A stretch of 64,000 nt of DNA from Candidatus Pacebacteria bacterium CG10_big_fil_rev_8_21_14_0_10_44_54 (GCA_002772695.1 PFDI01000006.1:1214-65213); one strand, 5' to 3'. Shown: positions 19,571 to 28,895, numbered from the stretch's first letter. Made by a program: numbers and translations. The notes: generated from the sequence alone by a model not told the origin.

Positions 19571-19915
19571 ATGCTCACCATTATAGTATTACTCGTCGTG
19601 GGCTCTGCCCTTGCCTATATCTCAAAGTTTAATATCATGCCAGTTACAGTCAACTTTGGTAGGTATGCCGTTACCGATGTTCCGCTTTTTTATGTCATTA
19701 TCGGATCTGTCACTGTTGGCTTGGTGGTGTCGTACCTTTTTTACCTTGTCAATGCAATTGCAACTTCACTCAAACTCCGTGGCAAAGACCAGGAAATTAA
19801 GAAACATAAAAATATCGTGCTGTCGCTAACGAAGCGCGTGCACCAACTGGAGCTGGAACATGAAAAACAAAAAACCGACGCCTCGTTTGAACCAAGTGAT
19901 GAAAATGCATTGTGA
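19571..19915 (+). CDS. LapA/DUF1049-like membrane protein
   Basis: TM-N...VTVNF....VPL-TM followed by a coiled coil. Confidence 0.75.
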   Translation: MLTIIVLLVVGSALAYISKFNIMPVTVNFGRYAVTDVPLFYVIIGSVTVGLVVSYLFYLVNAIATSLKLRGKDQEIKKHKNIVLSLTKRVHQLELEHEKQKTDASFEPSDENAL

Positions 19916-20379
19916 GAAGAGTGTTGGCAAAACTATGGAAGGCGTGTCACTTTCCAAAAAAGATACAGCTATTTATCATGCGTTGCTCTCAGGAACAGTT
20001 TCTCATTGGGGTAACAGGAATTATTTTTAACCATAAAAATGAAGTGTTGTTATTTAAGCATGTGTACCGATCTCACTCATGGAGTTTGCCCGGTGGCTAC
20101 ATGAAGTCTGGTGAACACCCAAGAGAAGCACTCGAGAGAGAGATCAAAGAAGAGTCGGGGCTTGTGGTGAGTGTAGACAAACAGCTTAAGACGCGAACCG
20201 ACCGAGACAGCCCACGACTTGATATATGCTACATTGGAGTTCTCGTTGGCGGAGAGTTTGCTTCTTCTTCAGAAGTCTCTGAATTTGGATTTTTTACCTT
20301 GTCTACTTTGCCCTTGCTTCGAAAAAACCAGGTATTTTTGATTCACGAGGCTTTTAATTCTCTTCCTTTAAATTCCTAA
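19912..20379 (+). CDS. NUDIX hydrolase
   Basis: Nudix box LPGGYMKSGEHPREALEREIKEESGL. Confidence 0.9.
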   Translation: MRRVLAKLWKACHFPKKIQLFIMRCSQEQFLIGVTGIIFNHKNEVLLFKHVYRSHSWSLPGGYMKSGEHPREALEREIKEESGLVVSVDKQLKTRTDRDSPRLDICYIGVLVGGEFASSSEVSEFGFFTLSTLPLLRKNQVFLIHEAFNSLPLNS

Positions 20380-20385
20380 TTCTGA

Positions 20386-20562
20386 GGTTACGGGCAATCC
20401 AATCGTTTTCAGCTCGTTTCTAGCGTACTGTTTGACCATGAGTTAGTTGGATGTATAGATCTAGCATTTCATGAAATCAGCAAAAAACTTGCAGTAGTTG
20501 CAGACAATTGGGCCTCTGCAGCAAAATTGTTGAACCAAGTTATGGAAGACAGAAAAGTCTAA
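20386..20562 (+). pseudogene. Possible start-less 3' gene remnant
   Basis: 58 open codons (GYGQSNRFQLVSSVLFDHELVGCIDLAFHEISKKLAVVADNWASAAKLLNQVMEDRKV*) with no convincing 5' start. Confidence 0.3.
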
Positions 20563-20618
20563 TTCTACAGTGTAAATCAAAACTTTGAACGTATCTAAAA
20601 CCTAATTGCCTGCTAGTG

Positions 20619-20692
20619 TCGGGGTGACTGGACTCGAACCAGCGATCTCGCGACCCCCAGCCGCGCATTCTAGCCATCTGAACTACACCCCG
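20619..20692 (-). tRNA. tRNA-Pro(GGG)
   Basis: CGGGGTG acceptor stem, D arm GTTC..GAAT, anticodon arm CGCGG-CTGGGGG-TCGCG, T-loop GGTTCGAGTCC; CCA not encoded. Confidence 0.95.
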
Positions 20693-20736
20693 TTTTGTTT
20701 CGTAACAGAATCCTACACTTTACGTAACACTTGGAA

Positions 20737-20757
20737 TGTACTATACATCCTAGTACA
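20737..20757. promoter_or_regulatory. Palindromic operator candidate (LexA-like box) upstream of recA
   Basis: TGTACTA-N7-TAGTACA perfect dyad ~52 nt before the recA ATG. Confidence 0.55.
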
Positions 20758-20809
20758 AAGTTTTTATAGTAAAAAACCCAAAAATACATCTACCAAGCAA
20801 AGGAAAACT

Positions 20810-21856
20810 ATGCCAAAACCAACGGTAAAAAAAACATCCGACACCCCAAAACTAACCGATGAGCAATCTGCAAAACGCCAGGCAGTTTCTATCGCCATGC
20901 AGCAGATCGAAAAGGAATTTGGCAAAGGCTCAATTATGAAGATGGGCGACTCGCTCAAACACATGGCTACCATTCCTGTTGTATCTTCTGGATCACTTGC
21001 GCTCAACCTTGCGCTTGGTGTTGGCGGCTACCCCAAAGGCAGAGTGGTAGAAATTTATGGACCAGAGGCATCAGGCAAAACTACGCTCTGTTTACACGCC
21101 ATTGCAGCGGTACAGAAACAAGGGGGTACGGCTGCATTTGTCGATGTAGAACACGCATTAGACCCTCTTCGAGCCAAGCGTATCGGCGTCAACCTAGAAG
21201 ACCTACTAATTTCACAGCCAGATTATGGTGAGCAGGCACTCGAAATTGCCGAAACTCTCATCCGCTCTGGTGGTGTCGACATTGTTATTGTCGACTCTGT
21301 TGCAGCTTTAGTGCCAAAATCAGAAATTGAGGGTGAGATGGGAGATGCCCAAATGGGCGTGCAAGCGAGACTGATGTCTCAAGCAATGCGAAAATTGACT
21401 GCGGCCATCAGTCGCACTAACACGCTCGTTATGTTTACCAACCAAATTCGCATGAAGATCGGCGTCATGTTTGGCAGCCCCGAGACAACAACTGGTGGAA
21501 ATGCACTCAAGTTCTATGCTTCACAACGTCTTGATATTCGCAAAATTGGCAATATTCAAGAAGGTGAAAAGGTTGTCGGTAGTCGTCACCGCGTGCGAGT
21601 CAAGAAAAATAAAGTTGCCCCCCCATTTCAAGTGGCCGAATTTGACATGGACGAAAACGGGATCTCAATGACCGGTGACACAGTAGATATCGGCGCTATG
21701 GAGAACGTTATCGAGAAAAGCGGCAGCTTCTACAAGTATGAAGGTGAAGTGCTCGCGCAAGGACGTGAAGCAACCAAAACTTACCTGGCAGAACACCCAG
21801 ATTTACTCAAGAAAATTCAAAAAGAAATCTGGCAAAAAATCAAGCAGTCCGATTGA
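20810..21856 (+). CDS. recA: Recombinase RecA
   Basis: [41 protein letters not shown]. True start MPKP at 20810 follows an AAGGA RBS; the ORF-track extension overlaps the tRNA. Confidence 0.98.
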   Translation: MPKPTVKKTSDTPKLTDEQSAKRQAVSIAMQQIEKEFGKGSIMKMGDSLKHMATIPVVSSGSLALNLALGVGGYPKGRVVEIYGPEASGKTTLCLHAIAAVQKQGGTAAFVDVEHALDPLRAKRIGVNLEDLLISQPDYGEQALEIAETLIRSGGVDIVIVDSVAALVPKSEIEGEMGDAQMGVQARLMSQAMRKLTAAISRTNTLVMFTNQIRMKIGVMFGSPETTTGGNALKFYASQRLDIRKIGNIQEGEKVVGSRHRVRVKKNKVAPPFQVAEFDMDENGISMTGDTVDIGAMENVIEKSGSFYKYEGEVLAQGREATKTYLAEHPDLLKKIQKEIWQKIKQSD

Positions 21857-21881
21857 CTCTCTGCCACATAAGCAGTACAAT
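21853..21881 (+). promoter_or_regulatory. sigma70 promoter for the RNA candidate/rny
   Basis: TTGACT-17 nt-TACAAT. Confidence 0.75.
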
Positions 21882-21887
21882 CGAAGC

Positions 21888-22020
21888 CGTATTCCTACAA
21901 GGAAGTAGAAAAAAATAAAAGCAAAACAATGTCCGTATGAATCAATACTTTGACGCTCTATTAGCCCGCAGTGTTTAAATAACTCCGGGTCGTGCTTTTT
22001 TCTCTTTCCTCTAGGTTTGT
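21888..22020 (+). ncRNA. Structured RNA candidate (6S-like or rny leader)
   Basis: 5' CCTA..AGGAA..AGAAAAAA..AAAAGCA pairs with 3' TGCTTTTTTCTCTTTCCTCTAGG; inner AATACT/AGTGTT pairing; lies right after a strong promoter. Confidence 0.5.
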
Positions 22021-22041
22021 CACTATAAGACAAGGAGTTTT

Positions 22042-23601
22042 ATGTCATTATTTAGCAATTTATCGTCGCTGTTTGGTCCCCAGACACAACAAAGCAAACT
22101 ACGCCCCACACTATCAGGCAAGTTAAAAAACAAAAAAAATAAAGTTACAGTCCCTGCACCAGCGCCACTTGCGCCAAAAAAACAACTGTCACCGCCTCAA
22201 CCAGATCACAATATACAAGAAAAGGCTCGTGAAATTATTGTCGAGGCCAAAGCTGAGGCGTTGGCCATCCGAAGCAGGGCAGAGCGCGAAACACAAGCAC
22301 ATGCACAAAAGCTGGAAGAACAACAGCGACAACTCAATCAAAAGCTAGATCGAATTGATGAGCGACTCTCCAACATGGACAAACGTGAAGGAGATCTTGA
22401 GAAACAACGCAAAGAAATTGAGAAAAAAAATCAAGAACTAGCTGAAGAGCGAGTCAAGCTCATCAAAAAACTGGAAAGTGTCGCCGAACTTACCCGAGAG
22501 GAAGCGAGAAAGTCACTTTTTGCAGACCTTGACGAACAACTCAGCAAAGAAAAAGCACGCTTTATCAGGCAAAAGGAAGAAGAAACTAAAGAAGAAGCAG
22601 ATAGTAAGGTACAAGAAATCTTGATTGACGCCATGAAACATGGTGCCACCGATTATGTTCCAGAGTACACCATCTCTGTTGTACAACTGCCTTCGGAAGA
22701 GATTAAAGGAAAAATCATCGGTAAATCTGGGAGAAACATCAATGCATTCGAGCACGAAACGGGCGTCGATCTTGATCTAGATACAGCGCCAACCGAAGTC
22801 CGCCTGTCTTGTTTTGATCCAGTCAGAAGAGAAATTGCGCGGATTGCTCTCGAGCGACTGATCAAAGATGGTCGTATTCAACCTACTCGCATCGAAGAAG
22901 TGGTCGCAAAAGTCCGACAAGAAATTGATAAAGTTACCTTCGAAGCCGGCAAGAAACTTTGTCATGAGCTTGGTGTCTATAACTTACCAGTTGATCTCAT
23001 GAAATTGCTCGGCAAGTTTAAATTCCGCTTCTCGTACGGTCAAAATATGATTGCCCACACGCTTGAAGAGACGCAGATTGGTATTAAACTTGCCAGCGAA
23101 CTTGGCCTAGATGTCAACACGGTCAAACTCGGCTGTCTATTTCATGACATTGGAAAAGTGTCGGAAGAAGCAGAAGGCAGTCATGTCGAACTCGGTGTCA
23201 AAATTGCTAAACAGTTTAAATTACCCCAAGCAGTGGTCGATTGTATTGCGCAGCATCACGAAGATGAGCCATTCTCTGGTCCAGAACAAACCCTTGTATA
23301 CATTGCAGATGCTATCTCGGGTGCTCGACCGGGCGCGCGGTACGAAAACTATGATGCCTACGTTAAACGCTTACAGCAATTAGAGGAAATCGCCACAAAT
23401 CATCCACAGGTCAAACAAGCCTATGCTATTCAGGCAGGTCGGGAGGTACGTGTCATCCTTATGCCAGAGCAATCAAAGGATGATGACGTAACTGTCTTGA
23501 GCGCAAAAATTCGTGACGAGATAAAAACTAACATGACGTATCCTGGTACTGTCACAGTTTCTGTTATCAGAGAAGTTCGCGCAAATGCGGTAGCAACCTA
23601 A
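22042..23601 (+). CDS. rny: Ribonuclease Y
   Basis: Coiled coil, KH domain (KGKIIGKSGRNI), HD domain (FHDIGK), ADAISGARPGAR, AIQAGREVRV. Confidence 0.97.
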   Translation: MSLFSNLSSLFGPQTQQSKLRPTLSGKLKNKKNKVTVPAPAPLAPKKQLSPPQPDHNIQEKAREIIVEAKAEALAIRSRAERETQAHAQKLEEQQRQLNQKLDRIDERLSNMDKREGDLEKQRKEIEKKNQELAEERVKLIKKLESVAELTREEARKSLFADLDEQLSKEKARFIRQKEEETKEEADSKVQEILIDAMKHGATDYVPEYTISVVQLPSEEIKGKIIGKSGRNINAFEHETGVDLDLDTAPTEVRLSCFDPVRREIARIALERLIKDGRIQPTRIEEVVAKVRQEIDKVTFEAGKKLCHELGVYNLPVDLMKLLGKFKFRFSYGQNMIAHTLEETQIGIKLASELGLDVNTVKLGCLFHDIGKVSEEAEGSHVELGVKIAKQFKLPQAVVDCIAQHHEDEPFSGPEQTLVYIADAISGARPGARYENYDAYVKRLQQLEEIATNHPQVKQAYAIQAGREVRVILMPEQSKDDDVTVLSAKIRDEIKTNMTYPGTVTVSVIREVRANAVAT

Positions 23602-23628
23602 AAAAGTAGGTTATACTAGAGAATCATT

Positions 23629-23847
23629 ATGAAAGAATTTTGGCTCGCTCTGCAAATCGTCATCTCAATTTTTTTGATTGCAGCGATTCTTTTGCAATCA
23701 CAAGGCTCGGGCTTGGGAGCAACTTGGGGCGGAGGAGGTGAGACGTACCATACTAGAAGAGGTTTAGAAAAAGTTTTGTTTTACCTTACAATGGCTGGAG
23801 TGGTATTGTTTATTGTAGCTGCCCTCGGGGTTGTATCCACTCGATAG
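23629..23847 (+). CDS. secG: Preprotein translocase subunit SecG
   Basis: LI..ILLQ..GSGLG..WGG....TRRGLEK.L two-TM pattern. Confidence 0.92.
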   Translation: MKEFWLALQIVISIFLIAAILLQSQGSGLGATWGGGGETYHTRRGLEKVLFYLTMAGVVLFIVAALGVVSTR

Positions 23848-23853
23848 AAAATT

Positions 23854-25257
23854 ATGCGCAAGGCATACTGGTACGTAAGCGCTTACATTCGAAAACGTGG
23901 GTTGATGGTGGCTCTTTCACTTGTGATCGCTCTTAGTTTTTTCTCTTTTGTTGTCCCTATTATTGCAAGCAGACTAGAAAAGCGCGAGCAGTTTTATATT
24001 GGCATTATTGGTCAGTACACGATTTATGACTTGCCAGATATTGTTGCTGATCAACTCAGCGTAGGACTAACCACCATTACCGAAGATGGTGAAGTCATGC
24101 CGGTATTAGCGCAACGTTGGGCAGTTGAACAAAGTGGCAAAACATATCGCTTCGTGCTCAAAGATAATCTTGTCTGGAGTGATGGTGAAAAAATCAAGGC
24201 AGATGAAATCAATTTTGATCTAAAAGACACAAGCATTTCTGCAACAGAAAATGATCTCATTTTTCAGCTCCCTGCTGAGTTTTCACCATTTCCAAGCTTG
24301 GTTGCAAAACCACTTATAAAAATAGTCGACCAAAATCTAGCCTTCTCTCGCAAGCGACCACTGCCAGTAGGCATTGGTGCTCACCACGTGAGCGATTATA
24401 AAACTAAAAATAACCGACTCTCAGAATTAGTAGTAGATAGTGAAAACAAGCGATATGTCTATAGGTTCTTTCAGACTGAAGAGGATGCACTGATTGCATT
24501 TAAACAAGGAAAAATTGATCTTTTACTAGATCTTGTCAAACACCATGAGATTTTTGAGTGGCCAACGGTCGTAACGTCACCAAAACTAAATACAAATCAA
24601 TACGTAGCAATTTTTTTTAATCTGCAAGACCCACTGATGTCAAAAAATATTCGTCAGGCACTCTCGTACGCTACGAGTAAGCCAACAGACGCAACTCGAG
24701 CTATCGGCCCGATCAGCTCGAATTCTTGGGCATATCTTCCTGGTGCCAAAAATTATGAGAAGGACTGGGAGCGTGGACTCGAGCGATTGCTCGACGAACC
24801 GCCGCAACTCCCCCTTGTATTTACCCTCACAACTACTCCAACTTTTTCGAGTAAAGGTGATGAAATAAAAAAGGAGTGGGAAGAATTTGGCAAGTATGCT
24901 GCAGAAACATGTGCTTCTGCCAAGGAGGTTGAGGATAAAAACCTCTGTGAAAACATGCGCATTGCAGTCACACTCAAAGTTGTAAACTTTCCTGACACCA
25001 ATGATTTTCAACTACTACTCATAGGCCAAGAATCTACACCTGATCCTGATCAATACCATCTTTGGCACTCTGATCAAAGCACGAACTTCACCAATTATAA
25101 AAACACCCGCATTGACAACCTGCTCGAAAAAGGCAGACAAACCTTTGACCAAGTAGAGCGCAAAAAAATCTACCAAGAGTTTCAACAATTTATCCTCGAA
25201 GACCCACCCGCAATATTTTTGGAATACTTGCAAACGTACGATATCAGCAGAAAATAA
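23854..25257 (+). CDS. Family 5 (OppA-like) solute-binding protein, membrane anchored, orphan
   Basis: P.LA..W....GKTY.F.L.....WSDG, IRQAL, DPD.Y..WHS, R..IY..FQ..I..D.P.IFL. Confidence 0.85.
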   Translation: MRKAYWYVSAYIRKRGLMVALSLVIALSFFSFVVPIIASRLEKREQFYIGIIGQYTIYDLPDIVADQLSVGLTTITEDGEVMPVLAQRWAVEQSGKTYRFVLKDNLVWSDGEKIKADEINFDLKDTSISATENDLIFQLPAEFSPFPSLVAKPLIKIVDQNLAFSRKRPLPVGIGAHHVSDYKTKNNRLSELVVDSENKRYVYRFFQTEEDALIAFKQGKIDLLLDLVKHHEIFEWPTVVTSPKLNTNQYVAIFFNLQDPLMSKNIRQALSYATSKPTDATRAIGPISSNSWAYLPGAKNYEKDWERGLERLLDEPPQLPLVFTLTTTPTFSSKGDEIKKEWEEFGKYAAETCASAKEVEDKNLCENMRIAVTLKVVNFPDTNDFQLLLIGQESTPDPDQYHLWHSDQSTNFTNYKNTRIDNLLEKGRQTFDQVERKKIYQEFQQFILEDPPAIFLEYLQTYDISRK

Positions 25258-27489
25258 TCACAAACGCCTTCGCCATTTGCGAACTAGCTCAAATACGCGC
25301 ACTACCCAAAACCGTGGCGAGAGCGGAATATCCTGTGCTTCAAGGTATTGCACCTCTCTCCCACCAAAACCACGCTTAAATAATGATACTCCTGCAAATC
25401 GATGTCCTTTCACACCAGGTGGAGCAACGCCCCAAAGGTTATAACTTTGACAACCGTGTTGTTTTGCTTCGATGATGACGCGCCACTGAACTGCATAGGA
25501 ACCTGGTAATTTAGTGTTAGCGTCAGTTGAAACACCATAGTGATAGACTGCTTGCTGGTGATACATCAGTACAAATGCAGAGGCAAGTAGTTGCTCACCT
25601 TGATAAGCAGAGACTAAAATTGCCTGATTATTTTCTGCAAATATGCGAAATTGTTCAACTAAAAAATCATAGCTAAATGGCACAAAATCGTGTCTGGCTG
25701 CCACCAACCGCTGTTCCTCATAAAACTGTTTGATTGCGCTCGGATCACGAGAAACAGTGGTTCTAATTCCCAATTTTTCTGCTTTTTTGATTGCCGAACG
25801 GGTGTTCTTGCGCATTTGTGCCAAGATTTGCTCATTATCTTTGGCAAGATCGATCTCTATGGTTCTATCTGCCGTCACATGCATAGCAGCAGGTACTGCG
25901 CCTAGTTGAGCTGCTTGGGCTCGAGCACCAGGGTTCTCGAGCACCTGCGGTCTAAATCTAAGAAAAGAACAGCCGTGCTGTTTTGCAATTGTCCGCAAAT
26001 GAGAAAAAAAAGCCGAAGCAACCAATATGCGATCCCAATCTAACAATGGTCCGCCCGGTAAGCTGCAGTAAGTACCGCGTCGCGCTCGCTCAAAAATCAT
26101 AAGTGCTACACCAATCAAATTACTTTTCTCATACAAGCCAATTCGAGCAATCTCTTTGCCAAGTTTTCGCTGAAACTCTCCCCAGTGCCAGGATTGCAGG
26201 AAATTCGCCTCTACTCGATTTGCCAACCAATCTTCCCAAATTTCTTTTTTGGTTATTTCTCTCACGACGTAGTCCTGTTGTATATCCAATTGCCCCAAGA
26301 TCACAGTCGCCAAACGAGCCGCAACTTGTGGTGTAATCTGGCGATGTGTGGGAAGTGTAAAGACAGTACTAGCAAGTGCCTCAGCTGCCAAACAACTCCC
26401 TACTTGATACGTTGTATTCCACTTGGTGCTGCCTGCATCTACAGCAGACCGATACCAGCGATCAGATAAGTAGAAATTATGTTTTTTTAACTCTGCTGTC
26501 AAAGTGGCTGGATCTCTAGCTATGATGGCAAAGCGCAGCGGCGAAAGCTTGTCTGTTGTTGCTGGCGAGACGGCGTACTGAAAAAGAAAACGCTCATAAA
26601 TGGCCGCAATTTTTGCCCGATGCTCTAAAGCCTGTGACAATGAATGCAACTGCTCAAAGACCAATCGAGCCTGTCCCACAGAAAGCTTCTCAAAAAGTGG
26701 TGTGGTGCGAAGCACTGGAGAGGTAATGATGCCAAAAGATACAGCGACTCGCTGCAATACTTTGCCCAAACCAAGTGAGAATGTAGCTCGTATTATCACT
26801 GTCAAAAGCGGATAGAATGCCTGGCGCCAGTCACTACGTGAGCGCAGTAAGTGCCGACTGGGCTCTTCTACGAGTAGGTTTTTGCGAAATAAACAGCAGC
26901 CACCTGCAACGACATCAATCACTTTATCTCTACCAAACGAAGTGACAACAATATCTCCAAAACTACCCAGTAATTTTTTATCCGATGTATGACTGCCAAA
27001 AGATTGAGCTAGGTCCTCTATGAGCAATAAGTTATTTTTGTTACACCAATCACGGATTGCGACAATAGCTGCCGGATAACCAAGTAGGTGTTGGACTAAA
27101 ACTACTCTTGCATCTGGATTGGCAGCAAATGCTTTCTGCAGGGTTTCGACATTCAAATTGATTGAGTGTTCAGCGAGATCGACAAAAACCGGTTGTAGTT
27201 TTGCCCCCAAAATTGCCTCCTCTATCGCAGCACATGTAAAGGCTTGTGTCAGCACTTTTGCATTCTGTGGCAGTGACAAAGCTTGGAGTGAAAACTGAAT
27301 TGCATCGCGACCAGTGGAAAAAAAGTATGGATCAGTAAACTCAGGAAAGTACTCAAGCAATTTAGCACTCAAGTCTGTTTGTGTTTGCCTCAAATTTGGA
27401 GGAAATATATACCACCACAATGCCTGACAGGCAAATTTCAGCGAGTAATTTGACCCAAGGCTACCAAAAATAGGAACAGTCTGATTCAT
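25258..27489 (-). CDS. Fusion: DegT/DnrJ/EryC1/StrS PLP aminotransferase plus FemAB/FemX-type aminoacyltransferase
   Basis: N half: TGRDAI, AFTC, PVFVD, QHLLG.PA, IEDLAQSFG, SFGRDK (PLP Lys), LPTH. C half: FLQSWHWGEF, GGP, M..NTR..I.KA.K, Y.YG.S, YNLWG, FKRGFGG. One uninterrupted ORF; start 27489 overlaps the murF stop. Confidence 0.88.
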   Translation of the reverse strand: MNQTVPIFGSLGSNYSLKFACQALWWYIFPPNLRQTQTDLSAKLLEYFPEFTDPYFFSTGRDAIQFSLQALSLPQNAKVLTQAFTCAAIEEAILGAKLQPVFVDLAEHSINLNVETLQKAFAANPDARVVLVQHLLGYPAAIVAIRDWCNKNNLLLIEDLAQSFGSHTSDKKLLGSFGDIVVTSFGRDKVIDVVAGGCCLFRKNLLVEEPSRHLLRSRSDWRQAFYPLLTVIIRATFSLGLGKVLQRVAVSFGIITSPVLRTTPLFEKLSVGQARLVFEQLHSLSQALEHRAKIAAIYERFLFQYAVSPATTDKLSPLRFAIIARDPATLTAELKKHNFYLSDRWYRSAVDAGSTKWNTTYQVGSCLAAEALASTVFTLPTHRQITPQVAARLATVILGQLDIQQDYVVREITKKEIWEDWLANRVEANFLQSWHWGEFQRKLGKEIARIGLYEKSNLIGVALMIFERARRGTYCSLPGGPLLDWDRILVASAFFSHLRTIAKQHGCSFLRFRPQVLENPGARAQAAQLGAVPAAMHVTADRTIEIDLAKDNEQILAQMRKNTRSAIKKAEKLGIRTTVSRDPSAIKQFYEEQRLVAARHDFVPFSYDFLVEQFRIFAENNQAILVSAYQGEQLLASAFVLMYHQQAVYHYGVSTDANTKLPGSYAVQWRVIIEAKQHGCQSYNLWGVAPPGVKGHRFAGVSLFKRGFGGREVQYLEAQDIPLSPRFWVVRVFELVRKWRRRL

Positions 27490-28895
27490 AAATGCTCTGT
27501 TAGCCATTGCGGCATTCTGCCTTCTAGCAATAACACTGTGTTTTTATCAAGTAACTGTATTTTTTTGCGCACATCGGCTTGCGTAGAAACTAGCTTGTCA
27601 GAAAACACTTGCTGAAACACTGTCTTGCCTGCTTCTCCAAGATACCAAACTTCGCCCACAACCACTGCAGCTTGCTGCGCTAGTTGAGAGTGAATTGCGA
27701 CAGACTCTCTGCCGAGATCAACAATGCCTGTTGTGATTAATATTTTGCGTGACTCAGATTGTTGTGCTAATAACCGCAAAGCGGCCGAGAATCCATCGGG
27801 ATTGCTGGTACCAAAATCATCTAGTATTGTCGCTCCAGACTTCGCAGTTTTGCGCTGGATCCATTTGTCACCAGGGACAAATGATTCTAGTCTAGCCACA
27901 ATTTGTTTGTCTGAAAGTTTCAAGTATTGTGCTGCTGCTATTACAGCCTTAATACTGTCTTGGTAGTGATCACCGACTATCTTAGATTGCAGCTTAGGGG
28001 ATGAATTTCGCCATGTCTCGACTATCTCAAGCGCACAGATGTTCTTGGCTGCAGCGACAATTTGCATTGCAGACTGATTGGCACAAAACACAGCAGCACC
28101 TTGTGGCAATGACGCAAGCAGTTCTGCCTTGGCTTCGGCTATAAGCTGCTTCGAACCAAATAATTCAAGATGTTGTTTGCCAAGCCCGGTGAGAATGGCC
28201 ATGTCTGGAGGAGCTACTGAAGCTAATCGAGCAATTTCACCTACTCTGTATGCGGCATACTCTAGCACAAGAATTTTTGAGCAACCCAAGTGCTTGTATA
28301 CATATCGCGCTACTCCCAAAGCAGTGTTGATCGATCCCGGAGTGGTGCAAACCTTGCCCCGCTGTTGCAGTACGTGACTCAACAGCTGTTTAGTTGTCGT
28401 CTTGCCATAACTACCAGTTATTCCAATGATGAATGGTTGTTGCTTTTTTATACGCTGGCGCACCAGAAACAAATAGTAGGTCGTCACAAGTGATACCAGT
28501 CCTCCTGTCAAGGCTGTGAATAATAACAACACTACAGGCGCAAAAATATATACACCGATTGCAAGTACAATCAGGCGAATTGTTGCAATAGCTGGTACGG
28601 CTACAACCCAATAAGCTAGTGAAAAAACAAGTAGAAAAAGCACGACAACACTACCCAAAAGCAGTATTCCCACACGCAGTGTTCTTTTCGGTCGTTTAAA
28701 TGTTTTCAAACGAAAAATTGTCAGCGATGGCAACACGTGTAGTAATATTTGGCGACCTGTTAGGGAGCGTATATGGGCTACTAATCTATCAAGTCGATAC
28801 TCTTTTTGCTGCAACAAGCCACTCCACCAGATCAAGCCAGCAAACGTATCAAGTAGACACCCAAGCAGAAAAAGAACAATAATAAAATTACCCAT
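27486..28895 (-). CDS. murF: MurF-like Mur ligase with N-terminal TM segments
   Basis: Q..EY.L.R N-terminal TM domain; IGITGSYGKTTTK P-loop; SINT..G, E.AAY..GEI, QHLE.F, DD...SNP.G, LG....H. Confidence 0.75.
   Translation of the reverse strand: MGNFIIVLFLLGCLLDTFAGLIWWSGLLQQKEYRLDRLVAHIRSLTGRQILLHVLPSLTIFRLKTFKRPKRTLRVGILLLGSVVVLFLLVFSLAYWVVAVPAIATIRLIVLAIGVYIFAPVVLLLFTALTGGLVSLVTTYYLFLVRQRIKKQQPFIIGITGSYGKTTTKQLLSHVLQQRGKVCTTPGSINTALGVARYVYKHLGCSKILVLEYAAYRVGEIARLASVAPPDMAILTGLGKQHLELFGSKQLIAEAKAELLASLPQGAAVFCANQSAMQIVAAAKNICALEIVETWRNSSPKLQSKIVGDHYQDSIKAVIAAAQYLKLSDKQIVARLESFVPGDKWIQRKTAKSGATILDDFGTSNPDGFSAALRLLAQQSESRKILITTGIVDLGRESVAIHSQLAQQAAVVVGEVWYLGEAGKTVFQQVFSDKLVSTQADVRKKIQLLDKNTVLLLEGRMPQWLTEHL

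Noticed and set aside
17500-20692. tRNA-integrated mobile element or prophage
   Set aside because: No integrase or transposase, and I found no duplicate of the tRNA 3' end (att site); kept only as an islet
20606-20809. 68-aa N-terminal extension of RecA
   Set aside because: Overlaps tRNA-Pro on the opposite strand; the RBS supports ATG 20810
21803-22033. 76-aa minus-strand ORF between recA and rny
   Set aside because: No motifs and overlaps the recA 3' end; the region is better explained by a plus-strand promoter and structured RNA
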